Assembly (NCBI GenBank): GCA_027296665.1
Contig: JAPUIV010000200.1
Coordinates: 1 to 30,434, forward strand
From: Acidobacteriota bacterium
Lineage (GTDB): Bacteria; Acidobacteriota; Polarisedimenticolia; JAPUIV01
DNA length: 30,434 nucleotides
Reading direction: 5' to 3'
Shown here: piece after piece, positions 11,059 through 16,931 of the stretch
Layout: every line of letters starts with the position of its first letter
Numbering within the stretch: position 1 is the first letter of the stretch
Translations under genes and position numbers: made by a program
Notes under the pieces: model-generated
The model's input: the letters and a program-made list of their open reading frames with translations, nothing else
What the model was told of the DNA's origin: nothing
Database searches by the model: none

Positions 11059-11158
11059 AAAAAGCACACCCGGGAACCGGCTGGGTGGCTCATCCTTAGT
11101 ATTACGCAGGCCGGCGGGGTAAAGTTCCACCCATTCAAGGCATTGCCGGGGTTCCCCT
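11059..11158 (-). other. Candidate structured 5' leader/attenuator of the RND operon
   Basis: 17 bp of interrupted complementarity (11072-11088 with 11127-11156) competes with a hairpin (AGC-CACCC/GGGTG-T-GCT) that runs into a 5-U tract just before the SD. Confidence 0.35.
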
Positions 11159-11159
11159 G

Positions 11160-11175
11160 ATGGTAATTTTACCAT
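11160..11175. promoter_or_regulatory. Palindrome ATGGTAA-TT-TTACCAT: operator and/or back-to-back extended -10 elements
   Basis: Perfect 7-bp arms. It reads TG-G-TAAAAT on the minus strand and TG-G-TAATTT on the plus strand, and lies in the 220-bp divergent intergenic region. Confidence 0.45.
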
Positions 11176-11230
11176 GCCCGCCCCCATTCCGGGAACCAGG
11201 GAGGGGCCGGATCGGTATCTCCAACCCACC

Positions 11231-11260
11231 TCGACAGGGAACAACGCTTTGTTGTAGGAT
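11231..11260 (+). promoter_or_regulatory. Candidate sigma70 promoter for the B12-radical SAM gene
   Basis: TCGACA (11231-11236), 18-bp spacer, TAGGAT (11255-11260). The ATG is 8 nt further on, with no clear SD. Confidence 0.33.
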
Positions 11261-11268
11261 GAATTTTC

Positions 11269-12846
11269 ATGAAAAAATCGTTGTTCAAAAGTGCCCCGAT
11301 CTACCTCCTCGAACCTGCCATCAACCCCATTTCGAAACGGTTTGGCCTGCCCAAGGTCGCGAATTACCCTCCCCTGGCCCAGGCCCGCCTGGCCGGGCAG
11401 ATAGACGATCCAAACATGAGGATCGTCGATCTGCGGATTCCGGGGGAGAGGGATCGGTTCCTGGGAGAAATCCGTTCCGAACAGCCGGCAATGGTGTGCG
11501 TCTCCCTGACCTTCACCTCGAACGGCGACGAGGCGATGGAAATTGCTTCGACCATTCGATCGATCTGTCCAGGTACCATTATTTTGTTCGGGGGTACCGG
11601 ACCCTCTGAAGATCCCGATTCCTTTTATTCCGCCGACTGCGATCTGATCGGCTACCGGGCGGGTGATGCGGCCTTGCCCCCCCTGATCCGGGAGGTTCGC
11701 AAATCGGGCCACCTCCCCTCCGACCCGCCGGGGTTCATGAGGAGATCAGGAGGGGGATGGGTGCGGGGGGAGGAGTTGCCGCCCCCGGCCATGTCCACCC
11801 TGAAACCGAATGCATGGAAACTCCTGCCCCGACATTACTGGAAACATTATTACCAGGGGTTCCGTCCCGTGGGGATGGGGCAATCCAGCGAGGGATGCCC
11901 CTTCGATTGCACCTTTTGCAGCGTCTGGAAGGTCCACGGCCGGAAGGTCAACATCGCCGCCCTGGAAAACGTCAAGCACGATTTCCTGTCATTGCCCGGA
12001 TTCACCCGCGGATTCTTCTTTGCCGACGACATCTGGCTCCAGGCGACCGAACCGCAAAGGCAGGAACTGCATGACCCGCTGTTGCGATGGATGAAATCGG
12101 AATTCCTTCCCAAACGCAAGGGGTTCTGGCTCACCGTGGAGACCCGGACCGATCTCTTCCTGCGCCAGGAGGCCCGCTTTCGCGCCTGGCTCAAGGAGGG
12201 CGGATTGAAGTGGATCATGTTCGGTCTGGAGGCGGTTACCGACGAACAGCTCAAGGTCTATAGCAAGCGGAATACCGTCGACACCAACAGCGAGGCGATC
12301 CGGAAAGCGGCAAAATTGGGCGCCTTCATCACCGGTCAGTTTGTCATTCCCTGCGACGCGGATCAAACCTACTTCGATGAAGTCGTCTATTTCCTCAAGG
12401 AACACCGGCCATGGATGAAGGTGGCCAACTTCACCATCGCCACTCCCCTGCCCGGCACCGATCTGTACTGGGAGCAGTTGAAACAGTATCCCGATCTCGC
12501 CGACCGGAAAATAGTCACCCACCCCGCTTTCTCGCTGTTCACCGCACTGTCGCCAATGAAAATGGACCCGGTCGATTTCTACACACAGGTCGCGCGCCTG
12601 TACAGGGTCGCCAACCATATTCACTTCACATGGACCGCATGGAATCAGATATGGGCCATGTTATTCAAGACTCCCTGGATGGTTCCGCGAGTGATCAAGA
12701 TGGCCCCCGGGCTGCGCGCCCTCACCCGGCCGGAGTTCTTTCTCCAGACCCACCGGGATGTCCAGGGGGAAAGGCTCCTGAGCAAACCCCCGCTCACTCG
12801 TGTAAAATCGTATTCCGGGTTGGAGCGGGCGGCCCGCCCGGCTTGA
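11269..12846 (+). CDS. Cobalamin-binding-domain radical SAM protein (class B type; HpnR/BchE-like architecture)
   Basis: N-terminal Rossmann-like B12 domain (YPPLAQARLAG...VCVSLTFT...IILFGG), CxxxCxxC motif GCPFDCTFC (11896-11919), FFADD, ETRTD, FGLEA, TPLPGT. Confidence 0.85.
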   Translation: MKKSLFKSAPIYLLEPAINPISKRFGLPKVANYPPLAQARLAGQIDDPNMRIVDLRIPGERDRFLGEIRSEQPAMVCVSLTFTSNGDEAMEIASTIRSICPGTIILFGGTGPSEDPDSFYSADCDLIGYRAGDAALPPLIREVRKSGHLPSDPPGFMRRSGGGWVRGEELPPPAMSTLKPNAWKLLPRHYWKHYYQGFRPVGMGQSSEGCPFDCTFCSVWKVHGRKVNIAALENVKHDFLSLPGFTRGFFFADDIWLQATEPQRQELHDPLLRWMKSEFLPKRKGFWLTVETRTDLFLRQEARFRAWLKEGGLKWIMFGLEAVTDEQLKVYSKRNTVDTNSEAIRKAAKLGAFITGQFVIPCDADQTYFDEVVYFLKEHRPWMKVANFTIATPLPGTDLYWEQLKQYPDLADRKIVTHPAFSLFTALSPMKMDPVDFYTQVARLYRVANHIHFTWTAWNQIWAMLFKTPWMVPRVIKMAPGLRALTRPEFFLQTHRDVQGERLLSKPPLTRVKSYSGLERAARPA

Positions 12847-12864
12847 CGGCCATGGGGGGGAATC

Positions 12865-13599
12865 ATGTCTGAGGAGAATCGAGGAAAGATTGACCTTCGC
12901 GAGAAGGGCGCTCCGGTCAAGGGTGAGGTCCAGACCCTGGACCGGCGGCTGTATCTGCACCTTCAGGTGTTCGCCGACTGCGCCGATCCCCGCCCCCTGG
13001 TGGAGACGATCAAGGGTTCCGGGATCGAGGCCGTCCTGTACCAGTCTGTTTCTGATTCGAAAGGCGTCGGGCTGCTCACCATGCACGAGGATCCGCGTTT
13101 CTTTGTCACCGAACTGGCAGATTTCGCCCGCCGGGGCCCGTTCGGCAACCTGACAACCGAGCCGCGGATGACCATGTTCGGGCGGACTTATTCGACCGGA
13201 CGGGAACCGGATCTCGAAGATTGGATGCTCAGAAAGGCCCGGCGGACGGTTCGGCGATCCGATCTGCCCTGGGCGGTATGGTATCCCCTGCGCCGGAAAG
13301 GTGAATTCTCCCGCCTCTCAGGGGAAGAACAGATGTCGATCCTGAGGGAACATGGCGGGTTGGGGCGGGCCTACGCAGAAAATGGTTTCGCACTCGATGT
13401 TCGCCTCGCCTGCCACGGCCTCGACGCCAACGACAACGATTTTATCATCGGTCTCATCGGATCCGACCTGTACCCCCTTTCCCATCTCATCCAGAGGATG
13501 CGGAAAACCAGGCAAACCTCCCAGTACATTCAACAGATGGGGCCCTTTTTTACCGGGTTCGCGCTCTATCAAAGCCCCTTTGCAGACCGATCATCCTGA
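12865..13599 (+). CDS. Chlorite dismutase/coproheme decarboxylase (ChdC/HemQ) family heme-binding protein
   Basis: C-terminal domain WYPLRRK...EEQMSILREHGGLGRAY...GLD..D.DF...MR...TSQY...GPFFTG, with proximal His (13351-13353) and the YP motif. Confidence 0.8.
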   Translation: MSEENRGKIDLREKGAPVKGEVQTLDRRLYLHLQVFADCADPRPLVETIKGSGIEAVLYQSVSDSKGVGLLTMHEDPRFFVTELADFARRGPFGNLTTEPRMTMFGRTYSTGREPDLEDWMLRKARRTVRRSDLPWAVWYPLRRKGEFSRLSGEEQMSILREHGGLGRAYAENGFALDVRLACHGLDANDNDFIIGLIGSDLYPLSHLIQRMRKTRQTSQYIQQMGPFFTGFALYQSPFADRSS

Positions 13600-13635
13600 G
13601 ATTTCCCGCCATGCCGCGGGACGACCCGGGCAGCG

Positions 13636-15714
13636 ATGCAATACCTTCCTCCAGAACGAAGAACCGGAACCCGATTCCGGCTGCGGTCTCTCCTCTTGAT
13701 CCTTGCGAGCGGGTTCCTCCTGATCTCCCCTACCATCCATTCCGCCAGGCCAACGCTTGGGGATCGGGACGCGGTGGGAAAAACGGTACGGCCGATCCGG
13801 GTTCACCGGATTTCCGGCGTGCGGGCCTCCTTGGAAAAAATGAAGAACATGGAGGCGGGATTGAAGCATCGAACGAAACGGGTTCTTCCCCGGCCGCCCC
13901 TCCCCCCGCCGATTTCGATCCGGGAAAGCGGCGTGGAGGCAATGACCCCACCGGATCCCAGCCCCCTTTCCACCGCCGGTTCCCTCCTCCAGTCCTTTCC
14001 CGGTCTCATCGATTCGAATACCCGGATCCCGCCCGATACCCAGGGAGCGGCCGGGCCGGATCACCTGGTGAGCATTCTCAATACCGAATTTGCCATCTTC
14101 AACAAATCGACCGGATCGATGCTGCGGGGGTTTCCGATCGACATGCGGGCATTCTGGGCTCCGCTGGGGGACGGACCCGGTGAACCGGCGGAGAACCCAT
14201 TCGATCCGAAGATCCTGTTCGATCAATATTCTCAACGCTGGATCCTGGCGGCCGACAGCAATCCGAATGACGCCGCCGCGGCCATCCTGGTTGCCGTTTC
14301 TCTGACGGCCGATCCGACCGCGGGCTTCGACCTGTTCGCCATTCCGGCCGACCCCGCCGGACAGACCTGGGCCGATTTTCCCGGCCTTGGGGTGGATCCG
14401 GGCTGGGTCTACGTCACCAACAACACCTTCACCGTCAAGGCGAGCCCCGCCTTCGCGGAAGCCAAGTTCTGGTTAATCGACAAGGGATCGCTGCTGTCGG
14501 GAGGACCCCTGGTTGTGCAGGAATTCCTCAACACCGTCGGCGGTTCCACCTGGCAGCCGGCCCACGCTTTCGGCCCCACCGCGGTGAATTACATCGTGAG
14601 CGAGAACTGGACGGCCAGTGGCACCAGCCGATTCCTCCGGATACAGGTCTTCTCCTTTCCGGCCGGAACACCGGTACTCACCGATCTCGGTTTCCTCCAG
14701 GTGGCCGATTACGGCATCGCAACCCTTCTCGACGCCACCCAGTTCATGATCCCCGAACGGATCGAAACCAACGATACCCGACTCCTCGACGCGGTTCTCC
14801 GCAACGGCAAATTATGGACCATCCACCATGTGGATGGCTCGATGAATGCCGGCCAGGCGGAGGTCTCCTGGTACGAATTGGAACCCCGGCAGGCCGACGC
14901 CAACGGAACCGCCGGCCCCTTGCGCCAGGGAAGGATCGGGGATATCGAACAGCATTTCTTCTATCCCTCCATTGGAGTGAATGCATTCGAATGCCTGGGG
15001 TTTGGATTCACCGGTTCCAGTCCATTGATCTTCGCGACCGGCTACTTCGCCTTCCGGAAGGCAAGCGACCCGCCGGGCGGGTTTCACGGCCCGGAGTTTC
15101 TCAAGATTGGCAACGACCCCTACTTCAAGGATTTCGGCAAGGGAAGGAACCGGTGGGGAGATTACAGCGCCACGGTGGTCGATCCGGCAGACGACCGGAC
15201 CTTCTGGACGCTACAGGAGTATGCGGAACAGGATGTGGGAAACGGCCCGAATGACGACCGCTGGGGGACCTGGTGGGGCGGATTCACCTGCGGCTGCTCG
15301 ACCGATGCCGATTGCGATGACGGCATCGCCTGCAACGGCCAGGAGAGTTGCAACCTCAATACTCTTCTCTGCCAGACCGGCCCGCCGGCATTCTGCGGGG
15401 ACGGTTCTTGCCAGGAGGTCGACGGCCTGCGACTGAACCCCGCTGGAACCCTCGGTCTGGAAGTTTCGCTGGACTGGGCCATCGAACCGGAGTTGCAGTC
15501 CTTCAACCTGTACCGGAGCACGACGCCGGATCTCGGCGACCTCTCCTGTATCGCCCAGGAGATCTTCCGCCCCCCCTTACTCGACAGTGAAACGCTCTTT
15601 CCTGGCGACTTCAGGGCCTATCTGGTGACCGGAACCGATCTTTGCGGAAACGAGACCACCCTGGGGTTCTCCCTTCCCGCCGGAGAACGCCAGGCGCCGT
15701 TCCCGTGCAACTGA
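13636..15714 (+). CDS. Secreted multidomain hypothetical protein (probable beta-rich core, Cys-rich repeat, ~99-aa C-terminal domain)
   Basis: Signal peptide RFRLRSLLLILASGFLLISPTIHSA; core motifs PPDTQGAAGPDH, DPKILFD, ADFPGLG, RWGDYSA; Cys-rich CSTDADCDDGIACNGQESC; tail YLVTGTDLCG...ER...PC. Confidence 0.8.
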   Translation: MQYLPPERRTGTRFRLRSLLLILASGFLLISPTIHSARPTLGDRDAVGKTVRPIRVHRISGVRASLEKMKNMEAGLKHRTKRVLPRPPLPPPISIRESGVEAMTPPDPSPLSTAGSLLQSFPGLIDSNTRIPPDTQGAAGPDHLVSILNTEFAIFNKSTGSMLRGFPIDMRAFWAPLGDGPGEPAENPFDPKILFDQYSQRWILAADSNPNDAAAAILVAVSLTADPTAGFDLFAIPADPAGQTWADFPGLGVDPGWVYVTNNTFTVKASPAFAEAKFWLIDKGSLLSGGPLVVQEFLNTVGGSTWQPAHAFGPTAVNYIVSENWTASGTSRFLRIQVFSFPAGTPVLTDLGFLQVADYGIATLLDATQFMIPERIETNDTRLLDAVLRNGKLWTIHHVDGSMNAGQAEVSWYELEPRQADANGTAGPLRQGRIGDIEQHFFYPSIGVNAFECLGFGFTGSSPLIFATGYFAFRKASDPPGGFHGPEFLKIGNDPYFKDFGKGRNRWGDYSATVVDPADDRTFWTLQEYAEQDVGNGPNDDRWGTWWGGFTCGCSTDADCDDGIACNGQESCNLNTLLCQTGPPAFCGDGSCQEVDGLRLNPAGTLGLEVSLDWAIEPELQSFNLYRSTTPDLGDLSCIAQEIFRPPLLDSETLFPGDFRAYLVTGTDLCGNETTLGFSLPAGERQAPFPCN

Positions 15715-15762
15715 GTCCTGCTGGAATAGACCGGCAAATCTCGCTGTTTCCAGAAAGGTAGG

Positions 15763-16839
15763 ATGAAAGAGGCTATCGATCGCCGGGCCCTTCCCGAAAG
15801 GGGGAAATACCAGGAGCTGAAAGTCTGCGCCGATGGTTCGGAAAGGGCCCATCAGCCATTCTCGGGATGGTCCGAGCTGTGGATCTTCACCGGAACGCGC
15901 TGCAACCTGACCTGTGCCGGATGCTATACCGAATCGAGTCCAAAGAACGATTCCTTCCGATTCCTGACCCGGGAACAGGCCGAAAAGATCCTCCTCGAGG
16001 CCCGGGATCTCGGGATTCCCCGTATCAATTTCACCGGGGGGGAACCATTCTACAATCCGGAATTTCCCGCCATCCTGGAACGCACCCTGGCCCTCGGATT
16101 CGAATGCCTCGTCCTGACCAATCTGACCAGACCGTTCGAATCCAAGGGAAGGGATCTGGCGCATCAACGGATACGCGCCGGATACCCCCTCTATTTTCGC
16201 GCCAGCCTGGACCACCCCGATCCGATCATCCACGAACAGGGGGAACTCGGGCCGGCCAAGATCCGGGACTATCCGGTCGCCGGATCACCCCCCCAGGGCC
16301 GGAAATTCTGGTTTTTCAGCGGGTTCAATCGGGGACCGGGCAGCTTCCGGAAAACCGTACGGAATCTGGGAGAACTGTTTCACATGGGCGGCCGGATCTC
16401 CGTTGCCGGACGGGGACCCCAGGGGGTCGGGGGCGATCTTTTCCAGGCATACCTAGCCGAAACCGAACCGAAATTCCGGGAACTATTCCGGGAAAACCGC
16501 CTTCCCGCCGACCTTCCCCTGAAGATTTTCCCGGATATCGGCGGGCGTTCCGAACGGGATGTCCCCGAAATCACCCAGCATCGGTGCAGAACCTTGATTT
16601 CTCCGGGCACCTTCGACGGGCTGATGTGCAACCAGGTCCGCATGGTCGCGGTCCCCGCGGTCTGGAACGGCCGGGAAAACCATACCCCCAGGGTCTATCC
16701 CTGCACCATCGTTCCCGACAACCCGGCGATGGTTCTCGGCACCAGCCTCCAGGAAGCGGCCGAACGGGAAACCTACCTTGCCGATCCCCGTTGCTACCGT
16801 TTCTGCATCGCCGGCGGCGCCTCTTGCAGCAAGGATTGA
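15763..16839 (+). CDS. Radical SAM protein with Cys-rich C-terminus, function unknown
   Basis: LWIFTGTRCNLTCAGCYTESSP (CxxxCxxC), FTGGEPF, VLTN, six C-terminal Cys ending FCIAGGASCS. SD-like AAAGGTAGG upstream. Confidence 0.88.
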   Translation: MKEAIDRRALPERGKYQELKVCADGSERAHQPFSGWSELWIFTGTRCNLTCAGCYTESSPKNDSFRFLTREQAEKILLEARDLGIPRINFTGGEPFYNPEFPAILERTLALGFECLVLTNLTRPFESKGRDLAHQRIRAGYPLYFRASLDHPDPIIHEQGELGPAKIRDYPVAGSPPQGRKFWFFSGFNRGPGSFRKTVRNLGELFHMGGRISVAGRGPQGVGGDLFQAYLAETEPKFRELFRENRLPADLPLKIFPDIGGRSERDVPEITQHRCRTLISPGTFDGLMCNQVRMVAVPAVWNGRENHTPRVYPCTIVPDNPAMVLGTSLQEAAERETYLADPRCYRFCIAGGASCSKD

Positions 16840-16854
16840 TCCACCTCCCCTGGT

Positions 16855-16883
16855 TTGCGGAACTGTTCACACCATGGTATTTT
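16855..16883 (+). promoter_or_regulatory. Candidate promoter of the aconitase/Mo-enzyme cluster
   Basis: TTGCGG (16855-16860), 17-bp spacer, TG-G-TATTTT (16875-16883) in the 92-bp gap. Confidence 0.33.
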
Positions 16884-16931
16884 TAAGACGCCTCTGCGTT
16901 CCTGCCTGGGAGCGATCAGGAAAGGAAACTT

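Noticed and set aside
11049-11268. Cobalamin riboswitch upstream of the B12-dependent radical SAM gene
   Set aside because: GGGAA motifs are present, but I could not find the B12-box or the GCCCCCGCxACUG-type core. The predicted rSAM promoter also leaves almost no leader.
12865-13599. Functional chlorite dismutase implying (per)chlorate respiration
   Set aside because: The distal Arg is not evident, there is no signal peptide, and no pcr/clr genes are in the window.
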